Shown one piece after another: positions 1 to 15,563 of a stretch of DNA of 64,000 bases. The stretch is from the human T2T-CHM13v2.0 reference genome, Homo sapiens. Position numbers and translations under genes: made by a program. The notes beneath the pieces were generated by a model that had not been told where the DNA came from, did not search any database, and saw only the letters and a program-made list of their open reading frames with translations. The DNA lies in assembly GCF_009914755.1 (NCBI RefSeq), contig NC_060942.1; one strand, written 5' to 3'. Every line of letters starts with the position of its first letter. Position 1 is the stretch's first letter.

Positions 1-1618
1 CTCAGGAAATTCCAAGGGTTTAGAAGCTTCCTCCAGGAACTGAGAATAAAGACCAGCCAAATTCTTTATGATGTATCAGGCAGTTAGAAGTAAATCAAAC
101 AACAACAACAAAATACCTAGTCCCTCTTGACAAACTCTCCATATAAATACACTGGAATACTCTACAACTGTGAAAGTGAATTAGCTACAGGTGCACACAT
201 CAACTGTTGCATATATTTCAGTTTTGCAAACCAAATTCACTGGCAGCGCTGTGTGATTAATAGTGACGCAAACATCAGCACTCTTCTGTGGACCCATCTG
301 CTGAGAGTGGGCAGGACCCACCAACCAGGGTTGTGGAAAACTGTGAAGCAGGCAGACTTTATCTTCAGAGCCCATACCCACCTCCTGTGCCTCTTCCCCT
401 CCTCAGAGCCGCACCTCCCTCCAAGTGTCTGGGACATTTGCATTCTCTTTGCTTCCTCAGCTCTTCAAAACCCTCTCGGGTGCATTGCTAAGTGTGAAGG
501 AGAAAATCCCTGCAGATTCTCTAGGCGGGAGTTGGGGGTGGGGGACAGGGAATTTGCTTCTCTAGCTATTCCACTCAAAGTTGCAACTGTGGGTTTTGGC
601 CCTTGGTAAAGGAATTTAAGAGAGTAAGGTGACAGAGGAGGAAATCAAACCTTTTCTGGTGGCCGAAATTCTCACCAGCTTGTTTAGGTGAAGGACAGAA
701 ACACCTTTCAAAACCACACCAGCTCCCCCTGCAGCCATGCCCTTCACGTGTTCCCTCCTCTAAGGAATACCAGGGGCCTCTTTGCAAACTCTCCAGCCCT
801 CGAGATGATTTTCCTCCGCCTATTAGAACATGGGCCCTACCATGGATTAGATTACTTCAAAGAAGGTTCCTAGAATATGTTTCTGCTTTCCAAGCTTAAA
901 TTCTAACAAGACACCCCCACCCCCACCCCCATCCTCCTTGGCCATTATCCTCTTCTTTTGCCCAGCTTACTCTGGTCAGGGCCAGATTTACCGTGGAGTC
1001 CATGAAACTTAACCCCAAGGCCTCTCCTTTGCACAACCCTGACCAAGGCCCTGGGAGGGACCCTAACCTTGTGTTCACATGGTCATGTGTTTTTGTAATA
1101 TTCACAAAGCAAGTTATTTTGAGAGCAATCTGTTAGCAAATGGGCTATTGCCATTCAGACTTTCCCTCCTGCTGGATGCCGCTTGCTTGGCTGGGCATTT
1201 GGGGGAGCTGACTTAGGGGAGGTTGCAGTGGAGATGCTTTTAGTTTTAGTGGGCTATGTTTACGTGGTTTGCAGTTACTTCTGTATGTGCAGTTAGGTTA
1301 CTGCCAGCATTGTGGTGTAGGAATAACTTCTAGAAATCCTGCTAAGGCCCACGGAATCAACTCATGAGGTCCTCATGCAAACACGGCCCACCCTACAACT
1401 CATAACATGTGACTGCAACTAGGACATCATCAACAACTTGGTTAATGAGTGTCGTTAATTCAAAGAGAATAGAAGTTGAGTCACCACATAAGAAAATTAG
1501 AAACGCCCCCCAAATCTTATAGGTCATGTACAAAAGAACACTAAATAGAATTATTTCCCAAATTTGATAATCCAGAAAACTTATAAGGTAAAAGAACTTA
1601 TAAATATCAGCCATACAA

Positions 1619-1974
<356 letters not shown>

Positions 1975-2019
1975 TTATCTTTTTAACTACCTAACTTTCA
2001 AAGACTGAGTTATCTTTCA

Positions 2020-2148
2020 AGCTGGGCGTGGTGGTGCATGCCTGTAGTCCCAGCTACTCAGGAGCCTGAGGTCGGAGGATCACTTGAGCCCAGAAGTTTG
2101 AATCTAGCCTAGGCAACATAGCAAGACCCTGTCTCTTAAAAAAATAAA
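2020..2148 (+). mobile_element. Alu monomer (FLAM/FAM-like)
   Basis: Single ~125-bp arm ending accctgtctcttaaaaaaataaa. Confidence 0.85.
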
Positions 2149-3975
2149 GAAGCATATTACAAAATTGTCACAGAAGAGAAGATCAGAGATTATGCAGCAT
2201 GTTTACATTTGCTGCCAGCAGTTTGCCAAGCAGCTAATTAGTAAAAATGTTATTTTTATGAATGGTGTGGTGTTTGTAGTATTTGCCAGCTTTTTATAAT
2301 TTTTAATTTGCTGCAGTTCCTTTTCTGATTAAACATAAATATTCACTTTCATATCTAATTTTGTGTTCATGATTTTGTATTTTTAAGAGGCTCCCCAAAC
2401 CAAGATCCACCCTGGCCCCTTTTCTGTTTCCTTCTTCATACAGTGACTGCCCCATCTTCCTGCCCTCATCTGGTGTTGACTGTGCCCTGGTTTCATGATA
2501 GTCTTTGCAGTTGAACCAGCATACTTACTGCCCAGAGCTGGAGTGTATGCTCCCTGAAGACAGTCCCCTGATTCAGAGTACCACAAACAGGGCCGGACCT
2601 ACTGGAAACACTTTATAAAGGCCTGTTAAAAGAGCATCTGAAATGAGACTGTAATTCTCTCGAACAGGTGACCCGGGAGCTGCCTCCCAGTATGTGGGCA
2701 CTTCAAAAGTGGTGTATCTTCCTGCAACTTGCAGGTTTTCCCAGAATACAAGAGTTTCTGCAGAAAAGATGTGGTTCCCTGTGAATAGTGTGATCCAAAA
2801 AGACCTTTCCCAAAGTCAGGGTCAGACAGGGTTACTGAGCCAAGAGTTGGATTTGGACCCTAACAGAAGCAACTCTGGAGACCCCTCTCAAATTGATCTC
2901 AAGACCTTTCTGCTGCCCTCCTCCCCATGCTCACTCCCCTTCTCCATCCCCACTGCCTGTACTTCTTCCCTGCCTGGCCAGCCTGGGCAGTGGTCTCAGT
3001 GCTACTCATTCAGCAGGCACCTCCTTCCTCCAGTAACCTGCACTCTCCACCTTGCCCAGCCTCCCTTTCCTAACCAAAACATCCCTGCTTTTCCAAGGGG
3101 CCAGAGCCTCTGTGGAGTGAAAGTAGCTGGCATTTCTAATGGCTTTTATAACACGCAGCCACCTGCCTTCAGCATCTTCTGTCTGCAGGCACCAGGCACA
3201 CCAAGAGGTCCCAGCACTCAGGGGCTCTCAGGATAAGTGGGGGAGGCAGTGCACCTCCATTCACACAGAGCATTCAGCAGGCGCCATAATATTAGTCTTG
3301 CTAACAGAAGACAGTGGGCTTAACAGGTCAGTATGTTTCCTCTCCCAGGTATCGAGTTGATATGTTGACAGGGACCTTACCCAGCATTCCTCACAGCCTG
3401 TCCTGAGAAAGACTGGTCCCCATGATGCACTTAGAAAAAAGTGGATAAGTGGTCAAAGAGGTTTGACAAGCACTACATACTAAATCCCCATCTAGAAGAT
3501 TCTGAGACTTTATAAATAAGCTTCACTGGTTGTTGCCAGCCTGTCCCAAGGGTGTTTGGGCACACATCCTATCTCCCCTGCTAGCTATTAACATCTTTGG
3601 AATATGAATTCATTTCAGGAAACACTACCTTACTATCTTAACTAAAAACAGCAACTCTGTAGGTGAGACTCCTGCACCCAGACAGGCAGGTGGTCAAGTT
3701 CAGGAGGAGCAGGGCATCCCCAGTGTTCCACAGGGAGCTACTTCCTGCCTACATTTAGGCTGGACCACCAGGAGCCTCCTCCTTCCCCACACCTGCCCTT
3801 TCCAGGCAGACCTTGTGACAGAGAGACTTTTAAAACTTCAGGTAAGCTCTCTAGGGCCCATTCCATTCCCTCCCACGCCATCTGTATAATGAGTCTACCT
3901 GGAGACTCCAAAATCTGTCACGCCCTCCAGACCCATCTAAGTTCTACCTCATCCCGCATCAGTAGAAAAAAGAAA

Positions 3976-4238
3976 GGCCAGACACGGTGTCTTATGCCTG
4001 TAATCCTAGCACTTTGGGAGGCTGAGGCGGGTGCAATGCTTGAGCTCAGGAGTTCGAGACCAACTGGCCAACATGGTGAAACCCTGTCTCTACAGAAAAC
4101 ACAAAAATTAGCCAGGCGTGGTGGTGCATGCCTGTAGTCCCAACTACTTGGGAGGCAGGAGGATCACTTGAACCCAGAAGGTCAAGCCACTGCACTTTAG
4201 CCTGGGTGACAAAGTGAGACCCTGTCTCCAAAAAAAAA
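3976..4238 (+). mobile_element. Alu with internal deletions
   Basis: Alu consensus motifs, A-rich linker and tail. Confidence 0.93.
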
Positions 4239-5489
4239 GCAAGACAATCATGTGTGTCTCTCTCTTATTTCTCCTAGTCTACTGATTGCATCACAAGCAT
4301 TGTGGGTCACATTCCAGAGCCTTCTGAGAAGGGAGAAGTCAGGGAAGTTCCTTTTGTTCTTCTGAGCGTTCTCTGCAAGTCAAACTGGGGAGAGTTCCAG
4401 TCCTGTGGGGTGGGAGCAGCTGTGAAGAGGCTGGAATCGGAGGGAACTTTGGGGCCTGGAGGCCTAATGGAGGACTCTGTGATGTTGGACTATGTTGTGT
4501 CGTTACCCTCCCTGCCTCTGCATCCTCTTCTGTGGAGCAGGGACAATGACAGCAGCCATCCTGGGAGAGCATCATGATGACCAAATGGAAGGAAACAGAG
4601 GGTGAGGAGCACCCCAAGCACATGGTCAGCACCTGGCAGGTGGCTGTTATTATTACCCACTCCTCAAAAGTGCTTTTGGACTCACATTTTCTTTCTTTCT
4701 TTTTGAGGGTGGAGGTGTAGAGAGGTGAAATAAAGCTCTGAGTCTGACCTCCAGGTTGGTCCCAGGCAAGATTAGCAGCCTGAGGGGTCCGGCTTCCACA
4801 CGGTAGCATGAATAGCATGTTCAATAGAAAACCGGACCCATACCCCACACGGCAGAGGGCTAGGCTTGAGCACAGACACTACCTTTGTCCTGAGATTTCT
4901 ACATGGCAATGAAACTTCGAGCTAATTTTCTCCTGACTGGTGGTCAGTTCCTGAATTTCATGGGCATATCAATCATTCCTTTAGCTCAACGTTTTTACTC
5001 CATTCATTCACCCGATTGTAAGTGAGCGCCTATCTTGTACAGAGGTGCACTGCAGACAGAGGGAAAACAACTGGCTCTTGCCTTCAGGAGCCCTCGCTGC
5101 CTCCCCTGCTATAGAGTTAATGAAGTTAGATGAAGGGGTCCAGGAGGCTGTGTGAACACAAAGCCTTGCCAGCTAAGTCAGAGAGGAGGGTCCTGCAGTA
5201 ATATCCCCAAATGTAAAATGAAAAATAAATACCTTCAACAGGGTTCTCAGGAGGTGAGCTGAGCTACTGCTGGCAAAATCCCTTGTACAGAGTGGATGTC
5301 AACAAATATTCCCTCCCCTCCCTAATGTGCTCTCAGTTATGTACCTGGATGTTAATAAGGGAGCTGAGAGAAAAGTTTGCTAGGAGGGCGGAGAAAGTTT
5401 CCACCCTCCTCGGGGGAAGAGGTCGGGGACAGAAAGGGGAGGCCTGGGGCTCAGAGACCAACGTCTCATGTCTTCTACCACATGGCCAC

Positions 5490-5890
5490 GTGGCTCGCCC
5501 CTTGACTCACTCTGGTCTCTGCTCGAATGTCCCCTTACATGAGAGGCCTTTCTGGACCACCCACCCCATCACTCTCTATCTCCTTACCCTGCTTTATTTC
5601 CATTCCTTGCACTTATCTCCACTAGACATATCATACATTTGTTTGTTCAGCTGTCTTTCCATCCAAAGTGTGCACCTCATGATTACAGGGACTTTGTTTT
5701 GCTCACTGCTGGGATCAGATCTCAGCTCTGCCAATTATTAGTTAATTTGATCTTGCTCAAGTTAGCCCCATCTCTCTACCTGTTTCACAGGGTCATTTTG
5801 ATAATTAAATGCACTATTAATAAAGCAGTACTTGGCACGGTGCCTGGCACATCATAATTTCTCAATAAACGATAGCTATTATTATGATCA
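5490..5890. mobile_element. L2 3'-end fragment followed by a MIR fragment
   Basis: cagggactttgttttgctcactgctg (L2 end) and cttggcacggtgcctggcacatcataatttctcaataaa (MIR/L2 tail). Confidence 0.6.
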
Positions 5891-6067
5891 GTGATTTTTC
5901 AGTAAATTTTTACTTCCTGTGGTTCAGCCATCTGGGGAAAACCTCTGCGGCTACTCAAGGATTTATCTTATCCTGAGGGGAGGTAGAAATAGAAACCTGT
6001 ACTCATCCAGGAACCATGAAAATACTACTTACCTTTCCAAAGCAGGTGAACTCAAGACCTCTAGAGA

Positions 6068-6270
6068 TGCTGGTTCTCAAATACAGCTACACCTTGGAGT
6101 CACCTGGGGAGCTGTAAAAAAATCACTGATGCCTGGTTCCCACCCCCCCGCCTCCGCCCCCACAGATTCTGATGTGATTGGCACAGCAGGAGTCCTGAAC
6201 GTCAGTTTTGTTTTTTTTTTAAGTTCCCTAGGTGCTTCCAGCCTGTAGCAGGTCTGAGAGCCCGTGCTCT
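6068..6270. mobile_element. MER5-type hAT-Charlie MITE
   Basis: ggttctcaaa...gagtcacctggggagctgtaaaaaa...cccacagattctgatgtgattgg. Confidence 0.65.
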
Positions 6271-6834
6271 AGAGTGCCACCAGATTTCCCCTTGAAAGCC
6301 AGCGTGACAGATGTCTATTTGTGGCTTGACAGTTAATGCATCTTACTAAAAGAAGCCATTTGCACAAGGACTGGCCTATTAAAAATTAATCACTTTGGCC
6401 TAGCAGGGCTTCTCACTTAAAGATTGCTGTCCATTGTCATGCAGCACCCCAGGATACTAATGCCCCACAGAGGAGAACTTGTAGCCCCTCCAGCAGCAAA
6501 ATCAGATAAGGAAACTGAGGCAGAAGCAGCCCAACCAAATCATCCCTCCACCCACCTCTCTACCCAGCCCAGCCACTGGTCCTGGTGAGGATGGTGGTAA
6601 TGGAGCTGCCAGTCCTGGTACATCACTGAACAAACAGAACATGTTATCCTGTCTTTGAACTGTAATAGGATTCAGAGTTCTTGATTTGGACCCCATGAGG
6701 ATAATGTCCAAAGCTTTTATCAGACGGTGAGCTCTAGCTGAATTAGAAGACAACCACATTTCACCGAAGTGCTTTTTAAAAAGAAGCCCAACTCCATTGC
6801 TCCCACTTTCCTGCTGTTTAAAAGTAAGGAGAAG

Positions 6835-7500
6835 TACATTACGCTAAATGAAATAAGCCAGATGCAAAAGGACAAAGCCTGTATGATTCTGCTTCTGTGA
6901 GGTCCCTAGAGCCATCAAACCCATACAGATAGAAAGGAGCATGGTGGTTGCCAGAGGCAGGGGGCAAGAACAATGGGGAGTCATTGTTTAAGGGGGACAG
7001 ACTTTCAGTTTTGCAAGATGAAAAGAGTTCTTGGCTGGGTACAGTGGCTCATGCCTGTAATCCCAGCACTTTGGGAGGCTGAGGAGGCAGGTGGATCACT
7101 TGAGCTCAGGAGTTCAAGAGCAGCCTCGGCAAAATGGCAAAACCCCATCTCTACAAAAAATACAAAAATTAGCAAGGCATGGTGGCCCGCACCTGTAGTC
7201 CCAGTCACTCTGGGGGGTTAAAGCCCGAGGATCGCTTGCAAGTCTTACTGGGAGACTGCAGTGAGTCACGATCGTGCCACTGCACTCCAGCCTGGTGACA
7301 GAGTGAGCCTCTGTCTCAAAAAAAAAAAAAAAAAAAAAAGTTCTGGAGATGGATGGTGGCGATGGTTGTACAGCATTGTGAATATACTTAATGCCACTGA
7401 ACCGTATGCTTAACAGTTAAAATGGTGAACTTTATGGTATGTGTATTTTATTACAATTAAATTTTTTATGGCAATTTTATTATAATTTTTTTAAAGTCAA
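6835..7500 (+). mobile_element. Old L1M 3'UTR fragment split by an Alu
   Basis: acattacgctaaatgaaataagccag...gttctggagatggatggtggcgatggttgtacagcattgtgaatatacttaatgccactgaa. Confidence 0.8.
7033..7339 (+). mobile_element. Alu
   Basis: Dimeric Alu with poly(A). TSD-like aaaagagttct / aaaaagttct. Confidence 0.95.
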
Positions 7501-8524
7501 AGAAAGTGACCACACAGGGCCTGGAGTGTCCAACAAGGGCCTGCAGGCCTATGGGAATTTATATGAGCTTTTGGTTGATTTCCATGGAAACCTGGGAAGA
7601 GATGGTGAATTTCAGGATCTGTCCAGGATCCCCCAGAGGGTGGAGTGGAGAAGGGGCAGCCCTGAAAGGGGATCAGCAGATCAGCATTTAGGGCATCTTA
7701 GAAGTTTATGAAAATTCAGTGCAGCTGATTTAGCCAAACGATTTCTTCACCCATGTTTACTTTAGCTGCGTAATAGAACGTGCCAGATGATTTCCCAGTG
7801 ATTGCGATGTGAGCCAGGCTTTGTGATGTGTTCCCTCCCTCAATTTGAGAGAGTCCCTGCTGCATGCTTTCCTGCAAATGAGTTTAATGGAATGAGTTTG
7901 CTATTTGGCTGTGGTATTATTCCTTTTTAAAAAAGGTTTCTCACGTGCCTCATATGTACATTGGCACAAATAAGAATTATGCCTTCAGAGGGAGATGACT
8001 ACAGAAGAGAGGCTGTATATGTCTGCTTCAGCGGGACCTCTGGGAGGATGTTGTTCTTCTAAATGATCTTTTGATGAGTGTCTGTAACTCAAAGAATTAA
8101 CCCCTATTATAGGTCAGTCTGCTGCTCGGTTTGAGAAATCTGCCTGGCCTGTAAGTAAAGCAAATCATAATTTCTTAGGGCAGGCCAGTATCATAAAGAC
8201 CATCTAGGAACTTGCTGGTCCAAGTGTGGTCATCTGAACCGCAACATCAGCATCACCTTGTTTAGACTGAGAAATGGAATCTGCGCTTAACCAGTCGAGG
8301 TCCTCAAGGGATCTGAGAGCACCCCAAAGTTTGAGAAGCCAAGCTTTAGGGTCTCCACCAGGAAGACGGTTTTGGCACATCTCTCCACGAGACTGTCTGT
8401 TCTGTGCTTGGACCCTCTGCTTGTCTAGACAGCCCAGGCCCCCACAGAAAGCCCTGGCAGCCCTAGAAGTCTCTCTTATGTGCGAGGCAGTGGAGCCCTC
8501 TATTCAGGTCAAAGGAGCTACATC

Positions 8525-8740
8525 TGCACAGCCTGGGGTTGAATTCCAGCTGTGCCACTTATAGGCTGTGTGAGTATGGACAGGCTGCTTACACTCTCTG
8601 TGCCTCAGTTTCCTCCCTGTAAAATAACTATGATGAGAGTCCCTACCTCATGGGATTGCTGTGAGGATGAAATGAGTTAATCCATATAAAGCAGATAAAA
8701 CTGTCTGAGGAGCTCAATAAATGTTAGCTGGTATTATCAT
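8525..8740 (+). mobile_element. MIR
   Basis: Core ctctctgtgcctcagtttcctccctgtaaaata...gctgtgaggatgaaatgagttaat. Confidence 0.8.
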
Positions 8741-9934
8741 GTTGCATAGATTTCTGTCTCACACATTGGCTCTCGGCTGTCCCCAGAGCCTCAGAGAACA
8801 AGCTTAGCTCCTCTTCTACATGACAGCCTTGCAAATGTCTACAGGCAGCTCTCACGCCCACCCCCTCCATGTCCTCCAGACTGAAATTGCCAGGTTCTCG
8901 TGTGACAGGCCTTTGATTTCCACTGCTCCTCCACCGGGAGGGCTCCTGGGAACCCAGTCCCCTGAAAGAATCACAGTCTCCCTGCCACAGCCTCACTTTT
9001 CCCCTAAGTTTTTCTTCTTCCAAGGAAGTGCAGTGCCAGGGGCCTTCCTGAGGCCTTCCTGAGTCCATTAATCCCCTGCTCTCCAGACTGCCCGGGGAAT
9101 TGGGGGAAGCGTGATGGGGTGGAGAGGGAGCACAGAGCCTGCAGCCTCCTTGCTCCACCAGTGCCCACCTGCTAGTAAGACTTGCAAGGGCCCCACTAGG
9201 GGCGCAGGCCTGCCCAGGCTAATTAGAAAAGCAGAGACACACATGGCCCTTCTGCAACCTACGCTGAAACGCCTTCCGCACTAGGAGGGGGCATTCGCCT
9301 CCCCTGGGGAGCTCATTCAAGATGGAGATTGGAGGACTCCAAGTCGGCAGCTCTGAGTGGTCTGCACATTCACAAGCACATCTCTTGGAGTGCTTGTGAA
9401 TTCACAAGCATGTCATTGGGGATGGGGGAAGGCCTGGCAGTATGAAAGTGATGAGTGCAGGAGCCAGACACCCCTGACCACTTCCCAGTTACAGCACCTT
9501 GAACCAGTCATTTTATTAGTCTGTGAAGGGCCTGCATCAAATTCATGTAAAATACTAACACAGTGCTGGGCACAGGGTAAGTCCCACAGAAATGTTGGCC
9601 ATGATTACTTCCTGGTCCTTACATTTTTTCCATATTAACATTTCATCTCTCTAACCATGTGAAATGCTCTTTGAAGACAAGGGATGATCTGAATCATTTT
9701 CCCATCCTTCACACAGGGACAGACACCTTAGGCTCCCAGGACACATTGCAGAAACTTCTGGTTGGGAAGGCGAGGCTGTCAGAGTCTCTTATCATCCTAG
9801 CCTGGAAACAGGGGCAGCCCTAAACATTGCTTCAGCATGAAAGGAAAAGCAACCCTTCCCACCCTGTCCTCATCCCCCAGAGCTAAAGTTGACTGGGCTT
9901 TTATTCTTGGAGAATGTCATCTCATTTAAATTCA

Positions 9935-10570
<636 letters not shown>

Positions 10571-11885
10571 TTCATCATACCCCTAAGGGATTAGTAGGCA
10601 CATTATCATTAAAGGGTGTAGTAGAAAGTTTATTGGATTGAGCCTTCTCCCCCAACCTTCCAACTCCCACACGCAAGAGATCAGGCAGTGGGGGCACAGC
10701 AAGGGCAGGCACAGGAGACTTGGCTCCAGATCAGAACTGGTGCCCACCCAGCACGGGCTTGCTGGAGCAGCTGGGAGTGCCCACCCTTCTGGAGTGACTT
10801 TGATCCAGGCTGTTCTGAATTCCCTGGCAGGCAGCTGGGATCGAGGGCTGCTTCCCTGCTCCCTCTGCAAAGAGAATGCTCAGAGCTTTAATTATACCTT
10901 CTCTCTATCCTTCAGGGGCCCCTAATTATGCTCCTCACAGGGCAGCTGCTGCTAGATTATTTCCCAAACACCTCTGAAGCTTTTAAAGTCAAAGCCTCCC
11001 ATGGGCTCTGCGTGACTCTAAAGGGACAGCAAAATGGGTGGATGGGAGCAATAGCTGACGAAAGTCCCAAGGCCCCTTAAAAGGGTCTAGAAAGGAAACC
11101 ATGTTCATCTGCCTCCCAGTGGGAACAAGGTGGCAGGAGGAAATAGACGATTAGGAAGGGGCCACTCCCATCTTGTTTCTTGTGCTCTGAGTGGTGGTCA
11201 CAGAGAACTGTGGGAGTGTGCACTTCATGTCTTCTCAGAGCAGTGATGTTACAAAGCCTCACACAAGAGGCTGGCCCCAGCTGGCCTGCAACAGCCGCGT
11301 GCAGACGCACCCACTTGTGCGCCAAGTGTGCCTGCTGTCCTGCTCACTCCCTCCTTGGCCACCCTGTGCATGGGCATGCCCTGCCTGGGGAGACCAGGTC
11401 TGATCACAGAGACATGTTCCTCTCTACATCCAAAAGAAGCTGAAACTATCCTCACCCTGCAGGCTTGGGCAGAGGGCTATTTGGAGATTTTTTTTGAGCC
11501 AATATACTTATTGATTTATGAGCTCTTTTAATAAAATTGGGTCTCGACTTCTGGGTATTCTTTAAAGTTTTTTTTTTTTTTTGTAGAAAATTATCCTGAA
11601 TTTCACCCCATCCACTCGACTGCAACTCCTCTCTTGAATTCTGATCACCAGTACCATGTTGTGGGCCCCAGAGCCTCTCCCATTCGGACACCCAGGGCTC
11701 AGCTCAGCTGACAGCAGGGCCCTGGTCCACTGTGTCTGCCCCCAGACCTGGGAATGGAGCTTCCCATATATTCCCATCTCCCCTTCCTGGGGCTTCTCTT
11801 GCACCAGCTTGGCAGAAGACACTGCACCTTCCCAAATTCTTCTCAGCCTTGTGGCTTCTGAAACATATCAACAAATCCCCTTTAA

Positions 11886-12195
11886 GTGTCGGGCACAGTG
11901 GCTCATGCCTGTAATCCCAGCACTTCGAAAGGCCGAGGTAGGCAGACTGCGTGAGCTCAGGAGTTTGAGACTAGCTTGGGCAACATGACGAAACCCCATC
12001 TCTACAAAACATACAAAAATTAACTGGGTGTGTTGGTGTGCGCCTGTGGTCCCAGCTCCTTGGGAGGCTGAGGTGGGAGGGTCCCGTGAGCCTGGGAGGC
12101 AGAGGTTGTAGTGAGCCACTGTTGCGCCACTGCATGTCAGCCTGGGCGACAGAATGCGAGAACCTGTCTCAAAGAAAACAAAAACAAACAAAAAA
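11886..12195 (+). mobile_element. Alu
   Basis: Dimeric Alu consensus with an A-rich tail. Confidence 0.93.
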
Positions 12196-12719
12196 TCCAC
12201 TTTATGTTTTTTTAAAGAGTGTGAAGAACAAGTAACCATAGGAAGATAGCTAGTAGTTAAAAATTCAGCAGGCTCTTGTTTTTCATTAAAAAAAAAAAAA
12301 AGGAAGAGCTGGAAAGCAACTTTCTTAGCTCCTATCATGACCTGGTCTGTAATTCTGGCCCAAGGGCAGCCTTACCCATGTCAACATCTTTCTTTTACTT
12401 TCAGAGCAAGTGTTTCAGAAGAAAGCCCCCTGTCCCCACTTTTCTTTAACCCTAGACTCTGAGGGAGGCAGATGTCAATTCCAGACCATTCTGTTTCATA
12501 AAAGACTGTGCATTTACATATCAGAGAAAACTCCCCTGAAGCTACCTCCCCTCTGGGTACTCTTGCTTTAGTCTTTTCCCTGACAATCTCACCCTCTGAC
12601 TGAAAATAAAACCAGACTATTTTTTTAGAACCCACCCACCTAAAAATGAACTTCTACAGACAGTATTTGGCTTGTTCCTGTAACTTTTAGAATCGAACTT
12701 AAATTCCTAACAGCCTACT

Positions 12720-13020
12720 GTACACACACCATGGATGAGTCTCAGATGCATTGTGCTAAGTGAAGGAATTCAGACTCAAAAGGCTACATACTGTCATTCC
12801 ATTTATACAGAAGGTAAAATTAGAGAGACAGAAAAGAGCAGTTGCTAGGGGCTGGGACTAGGGGTGACCAAAAGAGGGCATGAATAAATTGTTTGAGATG
12901 ATGGAATTGTTACGTATCTTGATTGTGATGGTGGTGACATGACTATGCTTTTGTCAAAACTCACAGAACTGGTGAATTTTACCCTATGTAAATTATACTT
13001 CAATAAACTTGACTTTTAAA
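12720..13020 (+). mobile_element. Old L1M 3'UTR fragment
   Basis: catggatgagtctcagatgcattgtgctaagtgaagg...tatcttgattgtgatggtggtgacatgactat...tatgtaaattatacttcaataaa. Confidence 0.75.
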
Positions 13021-14787
13021 GCAATTAAACTCTTATAAAAATGACATTGGCCCATCCTTTGTTGGAACAAGATAAGGCATAAGTGGCTATCAACTTATAT
13101 AAACTCCACACCCACCTTGGAAAGTGGAACCTGGACCACCTTGTAGTCAAGTGTATAAAAGAAGAGGATCAGTGGTCCCTGCAGAAGGTGCCTAAATTTG
13201 GGAGGAGGTTCAGACCATATGAGATGTTTCCTTTTCATTCATTCATTCAACAGTTCAGCAGTGTTTACTGAACACTTCTTAGGAGGCATGGGGCTGGGCT
13301 ATGCGCAGTAGCTGCATAACAAGACACAGCTGCTGCCCATGAGGGGCGCACAGTCTAGTGGTCCTTGGAGGGGTGGGGATGCAGAGAAGTAAAGAAACAG
13401 CAACAAAACAAGGAAACTTCTGAGAGGAAGCTGGCCTGAGCGTGTCAGCCGGTAGCACGATGAGTACGGGGATATCCCTCATGGAATGTACACTGTCAAA
13501 TGCACAAAGGACAGAAGAAGAGGGCACATTCTACAAATTTTAAGGAGTTCATTTTGGTGAGAGTATTGAGGCCAGCGTATGGGATGCTCTATGATTTCCA
13601 GCTGAAGGGTGTCTTCTGCTTTTCCTCCTTCCTTCTACCAGTTTGAGGCTCTACTCGGAGGAAATATGTGCCACAGAGGGGAGGAAACTGCTGTCCTTTC
13701 CAAAGGTTTTAGACATTTAATAAATCTTTGCTGAACAAATTAAGGGATTTCAGATTAATAGGTCAAAAGCTCCTGGGTCCTGGCCTTCTTAACTTTTCAT
13801 CTGCTTTAACCTGAGACTGTGATACTTCTGCATCAGTAGAAAGGAAAGTGTGAATGCTAAACTGCGAAGTAAAAGACCATCCCTGGAATCTCCCATTGGA
13901 TCTCCTTGGTCCTAACTGTCTCGCCTTGACCCCCAATGGATCTATACATTTTTTTTCTTACATTAGAAAGACTGTTCTAGGGAATTCAAATGGACATTTC
14001 CCAGATGTCACTCTTGGCCCAGTTTTCTGAATTATGTAGAAAACAATTTCTAAATTCCCTGGGTATATTTTCCTAAATCATATATGGGTATATGTCCTCG
14101 CTATATACCATAAGGAGGGAGTCCATCTCAGACCACAAATCACTGAGCCATGGGCAAAATCAGCTAGAACATTTATCCCCCAGAAAGACACAGTCAGACT
14201 CCGAGAATTTCATGGACCAACGAAAGCTGTGTCCACTTTGTTGTTCAGGACTGCTTCCACATAGCATTTTCCTGCATCCATTATGAAGATGGTCTTATCT
14301 GTTCTCAGCAAGAGCCTGGTGCCTGGCTTTGTGGCAGCATTAATTCTGATCTTCAGTGTCAAAGCAACCAGCTTGAGTTCAAGCATATGGCTAATTCTGA
14401 GATTCATCCACTGGATACAGAAAACGCCAGAGTCTCATGGTTACTCTGTTGCTAGCAGTAATGAACTTGAGCAGGGCTCCTGTTTCTCCATCTTCTTACT
14501 AGACAAGGGCAGAGTTACATCAAGGTGGGGTGGGAAATCATTTCTTCTAAAATATTAATAACCTGAATTCCTTTCTATAAAGGAGAACCCTCGGATCTCG
14601 TAAGATTCTCCCACCAAAGCATTTCAACCCCACAAACCAGGCCCAGCCCCTCTAACCAGACGTCTGTTCACTCATGCTCCTTCAAGATCAATGGGAAAGG
14701 GGCAAGAATGAAAGGGACCCTGAAAGAGGTCTGTTTCATGGGAGGGGAAACTGGAAGAGGCGTGGGAGGAAGGGTATCCAAAAATGA

Positions 14788-15012
<225 letters not shown>

Positions 15013-15200
15013 TAGAAAGGGGAACTGAGTGCAAAACACTTACAATCACAAAACATGCTCATCTTTTGCTGAAATTACTTCTGTGGCTTTTATGACACTA
15101 TTTGGAGGCACCTTATTATATTGTCAGGCAAAAATACTGGAGAGGCTAAAAAAATAGTAGCCTTTTGAGCACAGAAGTTTTTGCAATCAAGTAACTACTT

Positions 15201-15563
15201 TGCTATGACCTAAATGCTTGTGTTCCCCTAACATTCAAAGGTTGAAATCCTAACCCCCAAGGTGATGCTATTAGGAGGTGGAGCCTTTGGAAGGTGATTA
15301 GGTCATGAGGATGGAGCCCTCATGAATGGGATTAGTGCCCTTGTAAATGAGGCTGGAGGGAGCTTGTTTGCCACTTCCACTGTGTAAGGACACACTGAGA
15401 TGGCATCATCTATGAAGTATGGGCCTCTCACCAGACACCAAATCTGCCAGCTCCTTAATATTGGATTTTCTAGCCTCTATAACTGTGAGAAATAAATGTT
15501 TGTTGTTTATATGCCACCTAGGCTATGGTACTTTGTTATGGCAGCCTGAATGGACTTAGACAC
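15201..15563 (+). mobile_element. MaLR solo LTR (MLT1A/MST-like)
   Basis: tgctatg...gttgaaatcctaacccccaaggtgatg...ggagccctcatgaatgggattagtgccct...gcagcctgaatggacttagaca. Confidence 0.85.

Noticed and set aside
527-550. G4-like motif GGGAGTTGGGGGTGGGGGACAGGG
   Set aside because: Such motifs are common in human introns, and nothing here suggests a function.
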